DNA from: Stegostoma tigrinum | Taxonomy: Eukaryota | Direction: 5' to 3' | DNA length: 64,000 nt | NCBI RefSeq assembly: GCF_030684315.1 | Contig: NC_081365.1 | Location: 46,795,205-46,859,204, forward strand | Part shown: positions 37,737 through 51,699 of the stretch, piece after piece | Layout of the letters: every line of letters begins with the position of its first letter | Position numbering within the stretch: the first letter of the stretch is position 1 | Made by a program: the position numbers and the translations under genes | Notes under the pieces: model-generated | What the model was told of the DNA's origin: nothing | Databases searched by the model: none | The model's input: only the letters and a program-made list of their open reading frames with translations

Positions 37737-38100
37737 AGACGATGGTGGCATAGTGGTGATATCACTCTATCAGTAATCCAGAGAGCCAAGTAAATGTTCT
37801 GTCATACGAGTTCAAATATAGCAGATGGTGAAAGTTGAGTTTAATTTTTAAAAACTGAAATAAAACACAATCTATCATAATGACAATCATATAAAGACTA
37901 TTGTTTGTGATGAAACTCTGTTTAGATCCTTAATGTCCTTCAGGGAAGGAAATCTGCAATCATTATGTGGTTTGCCTTATCTATGACTCCAAACACTCAG
38001 CATGGTTGACTCTTAATTGCCGTCTGAACAATTGGAGTTGGACATTGAATGCTGGCCTAGCCAGCAATACCCAAATCACATGAACAATTTATTTAAAAAA
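37737..38100 (+). mobile_element. tRNA-headed SINE (family B)
   Basis: gatggtggcatagtggtgatatcact...aatccagag...gagttcaaat...cttcagggaaggaaatctgc...gctggcctagccagcaat, A-rich end. Confidence 0.8.
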
Positions 38101-38605
38101 AAAAGTTATAGACTGCTCCAAAACACATGTCATGCAAAAACTTACTTTGTAAATGCACAAATAGTTCAAATTCTTCAACACTGTTGACATAATTCTTGTA
38201 TCCTGTGGCACTTCTGCCATTGAAGCAATTCCTCACAGACGTGAAAAACTGGATTGGTGACTATGAAGGGATTCCTGCAAACCTTTTCAATCTTTGAAAT
38301 TATTTTCAATCATCTTGTTTAACCATATAATGATTCATTTCTGGGGCAGGCAAGACTTAAGCACCGATCTTTTAGCAAGGAGGTTGAGACAATTTTTCAG
38401 CACCATATGTTTGCCCCAGCCTCCTACAAGCTTGAAGGATGACACCATTACCCAGTATGTTTGAGACTGCTACATGGAAGCTTGCATCAACCCAATAGTG
38501 CACTGAAACCAGGACTTGGAAATTTAGATTTAGATATGTCCCAATAAGGAAGTATGCAGAATGCTTCTTTATATGACAAATGAGAAAGGCATCAATATGC
38601 ATGAC

Positions 38606-38810
38606 CTGAGATAACAAGGTGTAGAGCTGGATGAACACAGCAGGCCAAGCAACATCAGAGGAACAGGAAAGCTGATGTTTCAGGCCTAAACCTTTCTTCA
38701 GAACTTCCTGTACCCTCTGCTCTTTTGATGCTGCTTGGCCTGCTGTGTTCATTCAGCTTTACACCTTGTTATCACAGATTCTCCAGCGTCTGCAGTTCTA
38801 ATATCACTGA
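38606..38810. mobile_element. Mini hairpin of two inverted PLE termini
   Basis: 38606-38667 mirrors 38717-38780; tail on the right arm only; diverged TSD atatgcatgacctga / acacgcaggacttga. Confidence 0.85.
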
Positions 38811-38944
38811 AACACGCAGGACTTGATGAAGTTCAGTCACTGAAGCACAAGCCGAACAAATTGATCAAACGATGGGACTTACCCGAAAGCAGTGTCTTTA
38901 CTTTTTAAGGGGACTGCCCTGGAAAGGTCAAGCTCTGATGGATT

Positions 38945-39045
38945 TTAGTTTTAATCATCCTGATCAGAGATGTTTTGACAAAGCTCTGAGCAGGTGGGAC
39001 TTGACACCAAGGCCTCCTGGCTCAGAAATAGTGACACTACAACTA
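38945..39045 (-). mobile_element. Short tRNA-like SINE (family C)
   Basis: Reverse gtagtgtcactatttctgagccaggaggccttggtgtcaagtcccacctgctcagag matches 20715-20770. Confidence 0.6.
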
Positions 39046-39491
39046 GTGTGCCCCCAAATGTCAATTGAGTGGAACCAATCAAGGCTGCAAGGCAGTATCA
39101 GTAGTTACTTGTAATGTTCTTTAGCTAAGTTCTTACCTGGCTCTTGTTGACATGCCTTGGGGCAATGATGACTCCTTTCTGCTTGTGTTCTGCAGCTTCG
39201 AGGAAAGAAAACCTCTTCATTAAAGCAGATGACTTACAGATGTTTCCCATTAATCAACTCATTTTCTCCAGTTTCCTCACTTACAGGATAATCGTCCTGC
39301 TGTCTGTAAGAAATGTCAAATGCAAAGTTATTTTCCCCAGAAAATTTGTGCACGCCAAATCACAATGTTTTATTCATTCACAGGGGTTTGCTGACTGGGT
39401 CAGCATTTATCACCCACCCTTAATTAACTAGGAGAAGATGGTAGTGAGCTACCTTCTTAAACTGCTCGAGCCCATTTGGTGTAAATGGAAT

Positions 39492-39757
39492 CATAGAATC
39501 CTTACAGTGTGGAAGCAGGCCATGCCACGTCTCCAAAGAGCATCCCACATAGACCCATTCCCCTTACCCTGTCCCTGTAACACCGCATTACCCATGGCCA
39601 ATGCACCTAGCCTGCACATTTTTGGACAGTGAGAGGAAACCTGCACAGGGACGGGGAGAATGTGCAAACTCCACACAGACAGGCAGCCAAGACTGGAATT
39701 GAACCCAGGTCCCTGGCACAGTTAGGCAGCAGTGCTAACCACTGAACCACGTGCCAC
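39492..39757 (-). mobile_element. HE1/V-SINE-like SINE with internal deletions
   Basis: catagaatccttacagtgtggaagcaggcc ... gaattgaacccaggtccctgg ... gcagtgctaaccactga. Confidence 0.88.
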
Positions 39758-39774
39758 TCCCCAGTACACCTACA

Positions 39775-39940
39775 TTTGTATGGCAATCTTTTCCTAGTTA
39801 CCATCAGTTCTAAAGAAGGGTAACTGGACCCAAAACATTTAATCTGCTTTTTCTCTTCATATTCTGTCAAACCTGCTGAGGTTTTCCAGCAGTATCTGTT
39901 AATGTTTTTGCTTTCCAGCATTCTCAGTTTTTTGGCCTTT
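39775..39940 (+). mobile_element. PLE 3' terminus (third Neptune family) with tail
   Basis: cagttctaaagaagggtaactggacccaaaacatttaatctgc...cctgctgaggttttccagc. Confidence 0.75.
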
Positions 39941-40264
39941 TTGGGATTAGTGTTTAATTGGTAATATTATATGTTGATGATTTATAACTGTTTGCCAGTA
40001 GGTAGAGTCTAATTACCTGTAGAAAATAGTAATTCTTATTCAGTACTGAAACCTGGTCCATGCTTTCTATCAACCTGAGTCTAAAGGTCAGGCAAATTTT
40101 GGAACTTTGCATACTTTGGAAAATTTTTGACTTTTGTCTTGATGCCAGGAAGAGTGGTGCTCAATTTCCAGCGTGTTACCATAGTCGGGACTATGCTCCA
40201 AGCTATTCAGTTACCTGATGACCAATCACACAATTGTTGGCAGGCAAAAATAAATTTTGGATCA

Positions 40265-40493
40265 GGATTGGTAAGTGCGCCATGTAAACTGCAGTTTATT
40301 TATTCAAAAATGAAGCTTTATAAATGTGTAACTAATAATATATAAATAGGAATCAATAAATATGAAGTCCCATAAATGGTACAATGTCCTGCACAACTAC
40401 ATTCTGATCAAGCCATGGCAACATAGTTACATATTTATATATCTTCATTTTTGAATAAATAAACTGCAGTTTACATGGTGCACTTACCAATCC
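40265..40493. repeat. Inverted repeat, ~70-bp arms, ~90-bp spacer
   Basis: 40265-40315 vs 40443-40493: 51 bp with one mismatch; 40319-40334 vs 40423-40438: 16 bp with one mismatch. Confidence 0.9.
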
Positions 40494-43400
40494 AATGTTC
40501 CCATGTGAAATTGTGCTGACAGACAACATAAGTCAGATGAACTAACAACATGGTGCTCTGGCTCCCAAATATTTACTTTTTGCTTTGTGTGGGGTAAATT
40601 ACCATCACTGTTCTATTTATCCACTTTGTATTCTATGTAAACCGTGGAGAGATTAAAGTAATGGTCTTTTTAAAATCAATAAATATATTGTGCAAGAGGA
40701 GCTTGGTTATTTCCTGCTGCAGCTTTCTATAACTGGCATGGAATGTTTCTGGGATAATTACTTCACTCATTTGATTTTTTTAAAGTACCTCTTTAGGCAT
40801 GCCATGTTTATTAACTGATGGCTGCAACAACAGAACATTATTCATTACATAGGCTGATGCAGGGAGGAATGCTTTTATATTACCTAACATAATACAAGAT
40901 ATGGTTTACATTCAATTTACTCACCTACATTACTTTGTTCAACAACTGTGCATGTACTTCGCTGCCATGATTGGTAAATTCCTCCAAGCATAATTTCAAT
41001 ACACCTCTCGCTTTCAACCCACAGACTCTCAAAAATTACTTGTTAACTATTGTACATTCCATTGAAAGAGTGTAGCCTGTGAAGCTCATTTTCCAGGTTC
41101 AATTTACATGCCAAAAACTTTCATCCTTCTCAGCTACATTAATACCTCAATCAGAGTGATTATGGCTGTTTTGTGAATAGACTGATCATCATTGGCTGCT
41201 AATAACTGTGGAATGTTCTCTGTGAACAATGATCTTCAATGGCCTCATCAGGATTGCATTGCTGACTTTCTTTCCATTACATTTACTAGTTTTATTTTTG
41301 GCCGCTGTAATGCCTTTTGAGCTTGGAAACTGCTGGTGATATTAGTAGGGGGTATTCTCAAGGTTCTTTTGATACAGTATTGACCATAGCCCGTTTGTTT
41401 TAAATAGGAAAATATCATTATTAAAATAGTGAACAAAGTAATTTGATATGACCGTAATAAATACTTATTTAGGAAAATAGCAAAATTGTCACAATGAAAT
41501 TCTGACAATATAATGGCGAAGTAGAAAGATGACATTTAATTATGGTAATTTGCAAAAAAAACCCCTGTAACCTGTGTTAGGATGTGAGTGATTATATAAC
41601 CCTAACCTTGGCAGAATTTTCATCTTCTATTTTTGGAATCAAGATCTGATTTATTCAATTGGATTCTACAAAGTATTATTTTCAGGATCATTATTAGGAA
41701 TTTGCAGAGCTTGAAACTTCATTGCTATTGCTCTCATTCACTCTCATGAATGAAGAATAAAAAACACCTGTCATATGGCAGAAAGGCACTTTATTATTTA
41801 GAGGCATGCATATGCTTTGCCCATTTTAAACAAAATTGCTGTAATTACTGACGTACATTTGATTCAATTGCTTGCCTTACTGAATTCTTGCGCTGTCATG
41901 GATGTGTAGCATAAGAGTATGAGAAAGAGAATGCCACAGAAGAAGAGGTACAAAAATTAGAAGTGCCAGCAATCTGAGGTACTGTCTCCTATTAATACAA
42001 TAAATCTCACTATCTCCTTCAGTCTGGGTTTGTTGCCACCTCTTGTATTTTGATCTCCTGATGCTGCTTCATTACTGAATTTCTAATGGATGTTTATTTT
42101 CTGGCTATGGATAATGATAGGAATCTTGGCTTGAGAAAGAAGTGAAATCTGGTTGAAACCAAGGTCTTATGCCCGAGTCATTTGCCCAAAAATCGGGAAT
42201 ACTTTTGAATTGCTGAACCCAACACTGGAGAAATAAACTCAAAGTGGCTAGATGTTGGGGATGGTTGGGGTTTAAAAAGAGGGCCAGTAAGGAATCCTGT
42301 GTTACAGCAGGATATAGATGCGAGTCTTGACACTGCTCAGAGGAGACCGGTGACTGCTTCATGTAGTAGTTGTCCAGCTGGCTGTTGATGCCTGAAGAGA
42401 TGGCTCATTGTGGGTATTCTGTAGGAAAAGATAACGTTTGCTGTTGTCCATTCACCATGGATAATATACTACAGAGCTAAGGCTGGAAAAGCTATACCAA
42501 AGTAGAAAGTAATCGAGATGTTAGCATTTTGGCACTGCCAGCTGCTCACAATGTGCAGTATTGACTAAGGAAAATATAATGCCTCAGGACCTGACTGATA
42601 CAGGGTATAGGTCACAAACTTGTGCCCTTCCACCTACCTTATTTCTACCTGTTTCTCAAGGCACAGAAATGCAATTGAGTCTTAATCAGGACTCTGAGGT
42701 AAACCCTGTCAAGACAGAGTTGTATTACTCAGAGTGAACAGGCTTGTTAATCATTTGTTTTTGAGGGTGCAATGTGCCATCTGAGAGCGACAGAAACATT
42801 GACGAGATGGGGGACGTGGTTTGTGTATGTTGCCAGACATGTGTGTGTCATGAATGCGTTTTTGCGTTTCTCATGCCAGAATTTTACAAAGTAGGGCAAA
42901 TGTGGGGAAAGAAGTGAAAGGGACTTCACTCTGCCTCTGTGTCCATAACCTTCAAACGACACTTTGAAGAGGTGCAGAAATAATTCACCATATTATTTCC
43001 TGTTGTGCAGGATGCGACTTTGACTTTTAGATTAATTTTTTCCTTGTTCTTTATTTTTGAAGGTATGTTTAAATATAGAGGTACAAATCTGCCTATTTAG
43101 ATCCAACAAAGTAAACATTGCTTGTGAGGCCTTGGGTATTTTTTTAAAGTTGGAACAAAAGAGGTAGCCAAAATGGGTGCAGTCAAGTTCCAACAGAACT
43201 AAGATTTTTAGTTTCTTAGATTTTCAGTAGCAATTGCTGTTGGGGTCTTGAAGTAGAAGCTGTTTGTTTTTCCCTCTCTCAGTTACAGCTGAAAGCTGGG
43301 GGTACTCTTCCTGCTGCTGGAGTTGCATGTGAGATAATCTGTTTTCTGAATTTGCCTTTGTCCAGGGTGTGTTCATAGGATGTTACTGTATTGGAACTGT

Positions 43401-43984
43401 TACTGTTTGTAGTTAAATAATCTATTATTCTGTTAAATTGTCCAATAGATGTAAGTTATTTCAATTCTTCTTTCCTTTGTTGTGTTTTGCCTCTAGTGGA
43501 TGTGTTTCACTTCAAATTTGGTAATTTAACCAGACAAAATGCATAGTTTAACAAGCCAACTTACATCTGGAAAGCAATACCTTACACTTACATCTAAAAT
43601 AAGAAAAAGTTAGGATCTAGACTGTCTTTTGAATATATTCTAAGGGGGTTTGGTCCAGTCCATAACAAGTGGAACCTGCTCACAGTGACCAAGAGTCAGG
43701 ACATAACCTCTGCTGAGAACTTAGCATAAGACCATGCTGAATATTGATTCAACATGGAAAGAGTTTCCATTGCATGTACTTTCTGAGACAGGTTGTGAGA
43801 TTGGAATCAAGATGTGGTTATCTTTTTTTTGTAGATAGAGTATATTGACTTCATGAATCTACCCCTCTCCTCCTACATTCAGTGTCATTGGTGCTCCATG
43901 TTTATGCTAGGTAATTAATAAGCACTGCCTTTTCATCTTAACATTAGATAAAAACATTTATAAATTTAACAATTTAAAGAGCTG

Positions 43985-44100
43985 GTCATTAATAGACAGT
44001 TCAGAGGAAAGGTCACTGGACCCAAAAACGTTAACTCTGCTTTTTCCTTCGCAGATGCTGCTCGACCTGCTGGGCTTATCCAGCAAATTTGTTTTTGGAC
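43985..44100 (+). mobile_element. PLE 3' terminus (third Neptune family), tail-less
   Basis: cagttcagaggaaaggtcactggacccaaaaacgttaactctgc...cagatgctgctcgacctgctg. Confidence 0.75.
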
Positions 44101-44805
44101 ATTCATAGAGTCTTCTCTTTTCCTTAATTTTAAAATTTGAATACAATCATTCTAATACTGATAAAGAAATACTTTTTTAAACCCTTGTATGTTGCACATT
44201 AGAATAAAACTACTATTAACTGATCCCATCTGTCTCAACAAGAGTCTGTATGATTTATATGTTAATTTGCAAAAAAATCACATAGTGCATCAGAAATCTT
44301 TTTGTTCAATAATATTTCCTTTGTGCAGCAAGGCCAATTCCTAATATTTTTTCAGCAATGCCTTTTGTCGAATGAAAGTTGTGCCAAAGAGACCAATTAT
44401 CAGCAATAATATTCTATGGGTAAGTCTTTCTTATTGTTCCCGTATTGGATTATCTTGCAGAATATATAACATACATTCCCCATATCTATTGCTTCTGCAA
44501 GTTTTTAACTTTTTTTTTATTTCTACTTTTTGGTTTCCCAGGCCAATGGATTGGCATTTTATTATTCATTCACGCCAACAATGTGACAAATTCTGATGTT
44601 GTAGACTGTCCATCTAGAGGCTAACAGTTCAGCAGGTCTGGTCAGTATCGTTTTCATGTTGTAACATGAGATCTACTTGTGACTCAGCATGAACCAGCTT
44701 TATCAAATATAGTTCAATGCATAGGCCGGTAAGCATAGATATCCTTCTTGGGTCACTGCGGACTCTAGCTCTGGTTTCATGTGATCTAACATCACTATGA
44801 CCTAG

Positions 44806-45848
44806 ATAACAAAGTGTAGAGCTGGATGAACACAGCAGGCCAGGCAGCATTAGAGGAGCAGGAAAGCTGATGTTTTGTGTCTGGACCGTTCTTCAGAGGG
44901 GAAGGGGATTCTGAAACAAACAGAAAGAGGGGGAGACATTGATGGAAGATGGAAAAAAGGAGCAGATAGATGGAGAGAAGATGGACAGATCAAAGAGGCA
45001 GGGATGAGGCTAGTAGGTAGGAATTGGGGGTGGGTGTTGGTCAGTGAGATAGGAGGAGCGGATAGATGGGAGAAAAAAGAGACAGGTCAGGGAGGCGGGA
45101 CGAGCTGGGCTGGTCTTGGGATGAGGTCGGAGGAGGAGAGATTTTGAAGCTTGTGAAATCCGCACTGATACCATTGGGCTGCAGGGTTCCCAAGTGGAAT
45201 ATGAGTTGCTGTACCTGCAGCCTTCGAGTGGCAACGTTGTGGCACTGGAGGAGGTCCAGGATGGACATGTCGTCCAAAGAGTGGGAGAAGTAGTTGAAAT
45301 GGTTTGAGACTAGGAGGTGCAGTTGTTTGTTGCGAACTGAGCGGTCCCCAAGCCTCTGCTTGGTTTCCCCGATGTAGAGGAGGCCACATCGGGAACAGCG
45401 GATCCAAAATACCACATTAGCAGATGTGCAGGTGAACACCTGTTTAATGTGAAAGGTTTTCTTGGGGCCTGGGATGGGGGTAAGGGGGGTAGGTGTAGGG
45501 GCAGGTGTAGCACTTCCCGCAGTTGCAGGGAAAAGTGCCAGGGGTGGTGGGTCTAGTGAGGAATGTGGGGCGGATGATGGAGTTGTGGAGAGAGCAGTCC
45601 CTCCGGAAGGCAGATAAGGGTGGGGAGGGAAAAGTGTCCTTGTTAGTGTGGTCAGATTGCAGGTGGCAGAGGATGATGTGTTGAATCCGGAGGTTGGTGG
45701 GGTGAATGGTTGGTGGTGATGAGGGGGATTCTGTTTTGGTTGTTACTGCAGGTAGTGGGTGTGAGGGATGATTTGCGGGAAATGTGAGAGATGCAGTTGA
45801 GGGCGTTTTTGACCACTGTGGAGGGGATCTTGCGGTCATTGAAAAATG
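44806..45848 (-). mobile_element. Neptune-type PLE, single 5'-truncated arm with 11-bp TSD
   Basis: FTCTSANVVFWIRCSRCGLLYIGETKQRLGDR; ctatgacctag at 44795-44805 and 45849-45859; ends at the tail-less position. Confidence 0.92.
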
Positions 45849-47659
45849 CTATGACCTAGCTTCTTTCACATGTTCAGTAACTATACTTAAAGGTACAATT
45901 CTCTTTACAATTGTGAACTGAGTGTATAAAAAATAAGGAAAGAGGACAGCTATATCATGAATGATATTTCTGTGAAATCAGCCGTCGTTGGGTAGAAACT
46001 AAATGGGATGTTTGTCAGTAAACTTTAAAATCCTGAAGATGAAATTAATCCATAAAATACATTTGCATTTCATACAGTGTGAAATCTGGATGACTATAAT
46101 CATCAGTTTAATTCAGACAACTTTCTTCAGAGGTCCTTCATCTTCTCTAATACTTAAATGGTTTCATTTTATATTTTTCAGAAAAGGCAGGGTTTCAGTA
46201 CCAGAAATTTGATACATCCAAACCAGGTCACTGTGATAGAGAAATCAGAAGTTTGAGATGGTCCTAATGCCAGAAACAATGTATGAATTCCACTTAGAGG
46301 GAGATGACCAATCAGAATATACAGCATCTGAAAATTATGGCCATTTAGGTAAAAGTGAACATTGTAATTGCATTGTCAGAAAATATTATGCCTTCCTACA
46401 GAACTTGCTTTATGAACAGATTAATTATGAGGAGCTAAAGTACAGGATATCATCAGAAGAATTCTCTATCAAGTGAGAACTTAAACAGCTTTTCTAAAAA
46501 AAACACAAATTCTGCCAATGATTATGTCTGAACACTATTTCTCCCATACGTATAGTTAGAAGAATCAGATGTAACAAATGAATGGATATTTGCAATGTTC
46601 ACCATAATTGAAGCACCGATGATGATTCACAGTTTACATAACAAACAAGTTAAAACAAATTGAGAAAGCTAAGATTTTAGATATGAACATAAACTGACTG
46701 TGCACATTTTAAATTTGAACAATGCCGTTGAATATTACTGCTGAGAATACATGAGTGCCATATTATCTGCTGAGAGGGAGACAAAACAACAAAATTCCAA
46801 GACTAAGTGGGAAGGAAAAAATGTAGAAAATCCCTCTGGGCAATTAGATTAGCATTAGAGGCTAACATGTCCTCTTATTTGTTACCTATACATTTTATTG
46901 TACAATGTCTCCTTTAACCAGGAACCAGGCAATTTCACTCCAGGGGGTTGAAGTACATTGGTGGCCAATGGGAAGGATGAAGAGACCCACCTGATAAATC
47001 AAAAGAAATTTAATGGGCCCAGAGAAGGAAGAATACACTACTGAGCCCGATAAGTAAACTTATAAAAGGCATACAGTTGAAATGCTGATCAGATAAGTAC
47101 AATGTTTGACAATAATTCATTTCAAGGTATTACACTCAGATTTACAAAAGTATTCACCAGGCGAATGGCAGTTAGTTTACTTGCTGCCATCCATATTGTT
47201 TAATTTCAGCACTTTGCCTTCATCCTCAGCCTCAGACTTGCACTTATAGACACAATATTTAAATATGGCCAATCCAGTTCAAATTCAGGTCAATTGTAAT
47301 GCTCAATTCGTTTAGTGAGTGTTTCCCCGATGTTAAAGCGATTGAATGTGAAGGGTCAATGGTTAGATTCTGTCACTGCAGATGGTCAGTTACATAGCAA
47401 TAATGTTACTGGCTGCTGAAATGTTAACAAACATGCAGCAACAAGAAAACTAAAATTAATTTGGTAAAGATCCAGCTTCGTATTTTTATTAAATGTAAAT
47501 ATCATTTTAAACTATATGAAAAGGACAGGATATTGGAAGATATTGCCTATTAGAAATGCTGCTGCTTTATTATTAAAATGTAGATACTTTCCATGATATT
47601 AGTGATTGTCTGCCTGTGCAGAATAGACATGTTCTTCTCATATCTACATCTTTCCACAC

Positions 47660-47890
47660 AGGTGCTCTGGTTTCCTCCCACAGTCCAAAAATGTGCAGGC
47701 TAGGTGGATTGGCCAAGCTGAATTGCCCATAGTGTCCAGGGCTGTGTAGACTAGGTGGATTAGCCATGCGAAATGTTGATTTATGGGGATAGGGGTGGGG
47801 ATTGCTGGGTTTGGTTAGGATGCTTTTCTGAGGGTCAGTGCAGACTCGATGGGCCAGATGGCTCTTTCCACACAGTAGGGATTCTATGAT
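47660..47890 (+). mobile_element. 5'-truncated HE1/V-SINE-like SINE
   Basis: ggtgctctggtttcctcccacagtccaaa...cacacagtagggattctatg. Confidence 0.85.
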
Positions 47891-49099
47891 TATGTTTGGA
47901 CAATTTCCCCCCCTATCAATTCAGACAAATATGAAGTAGTACTTATGACCCAGCCATGATATTCCAAAGCAGATCATAACTGTAAACATAACGTTAAGAT
48001 AATCTGACATTAATTTTGCGAAAAACAGTATTGTCTCAGAATTCAAACATTTACACATTGTGAACTCATTCTCCAGTGTTTCAGCTACAGTAGTACTCAA
48101 TTGTAGTAGTGTCTACAAGGGTTGAATCTTCCTCTTGGATTGCAGAAAACATGTCCTGTGTACTTTTGTAGCTCAGATTGCACATCTCTGACCCATGTGT
48201 CACATCACATGCTATATTTGTTTTTTTGTACCTTGGTTTGGCTTTTCTGTGGAGTTCACAAATTATACTGGAGCATACAAGGAATTTGGAGCCATTAGAA
48301 GACCCACTTTGCTTCCCCAACACACAATCCGAACAGAGTAAAGTCATCCTTAACCTCATCTCTCCCCTCTTTCACATTCATTCATCTACAATCTCAGCCC
48401 ATGACCCTCTAATTACCAGTACCATTTTTATGCCACTATGTATTCTCCATATCCCGTCAGACCAACCATTGCCACACCATACACCTTCAAACTGCTCTTC
48501 CTTCCCCTGCACATCCTCCATCATCATACAGCATGCACTTTCAATAGAAAATATTTTACATTCCTTGGGAAGAAAATAAATCTCACTTATGAAAGCATCC
48601 ATCAAACACTCTATAACAGAGACTAACAGAGGAAAACAAAGAGTTCTGCTATGAGAAAAGAGAACTTGTAATACTTATAACCCAATCAAACAGAAACCTC
48701 ATTCAGGTAACAATCCCTGTTTATAGCCGTGTGAAATCAATTCATTATGAAATGAATGGAAATTCACCTTGGTTAAAACACACCAGCATTTCAAATTAAG
48801 TCAAACATTGATGGTTTACTAGACACTGTTGATCCCTCTGCTCATGTGTCTTGACAACTTAGCTCCTGTAGGATGTCCATCTCCAAGCACTGCAGTAGTA
48901 CCACCTCCAGTGCCTTTGCAATATCCTCTGAATCCAATGACAAGACAGGCATTCCAACAACATTCTCACTCAAGCAAACATGACCAGCATCAATCACTCA
49001 ATCAGCTCCACTGGATGGATTGTGTCAATTGTCTGGCTGACACCAGATGCCTGACGCAAGTGCTCTGTTCAAACATTTGCCTTAGCATAAAATCTCCTG

Positions 49100-49503
49100 G
49101 AGAACAGCAGACATGCTTTGAGGATATCTCCAAAGGATCCCTTCAACTGACCTACATCTTGATGTATCCTCTGTCAACCATCCTCTCTACCTACAACTCC
49201 AATCTTTGTATCATCTGCAAACTTACTAATTAGACCAGGTATATTTTCCTTCAAATCATTTATGTAGGCCACAAATAGCAGAGGTCCCAGCACTAATCCC
49301 TATGGAACACCACTGGTCAAAACCCTCCATTCTGAAAGCATCCTTCCACTGCTACCCTCTGTTTCCTATGACTAAGCCAGTTCTGTATCCATCTTGCCAG
49401 CTCACCCCCAATACAGCGTGATTTCACCAGGACCTTCTCAAAGAGTTTATTGAAGTCGATGTAGACAATATCAGTTACTTTTCCCTCATTGATCATCTTC
49501 ATC
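49100..49503 (-). mobile_element. CR1-like RT fragment
   Basis: Reverse peptides EGKVTDIVYIDFNKLFEKV, WIQNWLSHRKQRVAVEG, SGVP*GLVLGPLLF, SKFADD. Confidence 0.85.
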
Positions 49504-49512
49504 ACTGAAGTG

Positions 49513-51689
49513 AGAGATAATGGGAACTGCAGATGCTATAGAATCCGAGATAACAAAGTGTGGAGCTGGATGAATACAGCAGGCCAAGCAGCATCTTAGG
49601 AGCACAAAAGCTGTCATTTTGGGCCTAGAATCATCATTGGAAAAGGGTGGAGGGGGAGATGGTTCTGAAATAAATAGGGAGAGAGGGGAAGGCAGATTGA
49701 AGATGGATAGAGGAGAAGATAGGTGGAGAGGAAACAGACAGGTTAAAGGGGCGGGGATGGAGCCCGTAGATGTGAGTGTAGTTGAGGAGGCAGGGAGGGG
49801 ATAGATCAGTCCGGAGAGGACGGACAGGTCAAGGGGGCAGGATGAGGTTGGTAGGTAGGAAATGGAGGTGCAGCTTCTGGTGGGAGGAGGGGATAGGTGG
49901 GAGGAAGAACAGGTTAGGGAGGCGGGGGATGAGCTAGGCTGGTTTTGGGATGCATTGGAGGTACGGGAGATTTTGAAGCTTGTGAAATCCACATTGATAC
50001 CATTGGGCTGCAGGGTTCCCAAGCGGAATTTGAGTTGCTGTTCCTGTAAACTTTGAGTGGCATTGTTGTGGCACTGCAGGAGGCCCAGGATGGACATGTC
50101 GTCTAAGGAATGCAAGGGGGAGTTGAAATGGTTTGCAAATGAGAAGTGCAGTTGTTTGTTGCGAACTGAGCGTAGGTGTTCTGCAGAGGGGTCCCCAAGC
50201 CTCTACTTGGTTTTACGGATGTAGAGGAAGCCACAACAGGCACAGCGGATGCAGTATTACACATCGGCAGATGTGCAGGTGAACATCTGCTTGATGTGGA
50301 AAGTCTTTCTGGGGCCTGGGATGGGGGTGAGGGAGGTGGTGTGGGGGCAGGTTTAGCACTTCCTGCGGTTGCAGGGGAAGGTGCCGGGTATGGTGGCGTT
50401 GGAGGGGAGTCCATTTCAAGCCCATTGGCTCCCACAGCTACCTAAAATACACCTCCTCCACCCACCTTCCTGCAAAAACTCCATCCCCTATTCCCAATTC
50501 CTTCACCTCTGCTGCATCAGCTGGCAGGATGAGGCATTCCATTCCTGCACATCTCAGATGACCTTGTTTTACAAGGACCGCAACTTCCTCCCCTCAGTGG
50601 TTGAGAACGCCCTTGACCGTGTCTCCCGCATTTCCTGCAACTCATCCCTCACACCCCGTCCATAATAACCGCCAAAAGAGAATCCCCCTCGTCCTCACGT
50701 ACCACCCCACCAATCTCCGGATACAACACTTCATCCTCCGACACTTCCGCCATCTACAATCCAACCCCACCACCAAAGACATTTATCCATCCCCACCCTT
50801 GTCTGCCTTCCGGAGAGACCACTCTCTCAGGGACTCCCTTGTCTGCTCCATATTCCCCTCCAGCCCCACCACACCTGGCACTTTCCCCTGCAACCGCAGG
50901 AAGTGCTACACTTGCCCCCACGCCTCCTCCCTCACCCCCATCCCAGGCCCCAAAAAGACTTTCCACATCAAGCAGATGTTCACTTGCACATCTGCCAATG
51001 TGGTATACTGTATCCTCAGTTTCCGTTGTGGCTTCCTCTACATTGGGGAAACCAAGTGGAGGCTTGGGGACCGCTTTGCATAACACCTATGCTCTGCTTG
51101 CAATAAACAACTGCACTTCCCAGTCGCAAACCATTTCAACTCCCCCTCACATTCCTTAGACAACATGTCCATCCTGGGCCTCCTGCAGTGCCACAATGAA
51201 GCCACCCGAAGGTTGCAGGAACAATAACTCATTCCGCTTGGGAACCCTGCAGCCCAATGGTATCAATGTGGATTTCACCAGCTTCAAAATCTCCCGTACC
51301 CCCACTGCATCCCAAAACCAGTTCAGCTTGTCCCTGCCTCCCCCACCTGTCCTTCCTCCCACCTCAAGCCGCACCTCCATTTCCAACCTACTAACCTCAT
51401 CCTGCCCCCTTGAACTGTCCGTCCTCCCCAGACTGACCTATCCCATCCTACTTCCTCAACTACATTCACCTCAACTGGCTCCATCCCTGCCCCTTTAACC
51501 TATCTGTCTCCTCTTCATCTATCTTCTCCTCTATCCATCTTCAATCTGCCTTCCCCTCTCTCCCTATTTATTTCAGAACCCTCTTCCCCCTCCCTCTTTT
51601 CTGATGAAGGATCTCGGCTCGAAACGTCAGCTTTTGTGCTCCTAAGATGCTGCTTGGCCTGCTGTGTTCATCCAGCTCTACACTTCGTT
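49513..51689. mobile_element. Neptune-type PLE inverted pair (short tailed minus arm 49513-50410, long tail-less plus arm 50409-51689), 9-bp TSD
   Basis: Both arms encode decayed Cys-linker/GIY-YIG sequence; actgaagtg at 49504-49512 and 51690-51698; hammerhead CTGATGAaggatctcggctcGAAACGTCag at 51601-51630. Confidence 0.93.
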
Positions 51690-51699
51690 ACTGAAGTGT

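Noticed and set aside
42740-43667. Solo LTR ending ...gtccataaca
   Set aside because: The 3' end looks LTR-like, but I could not define a 5' TG boundary, TSD or primer-binding site
46182-46476. Plus-strand coding exons
   Set aside because: All three frames from the 46181 acceptor contain stops, and the implied 53-nt intron is too short for a vertebrate
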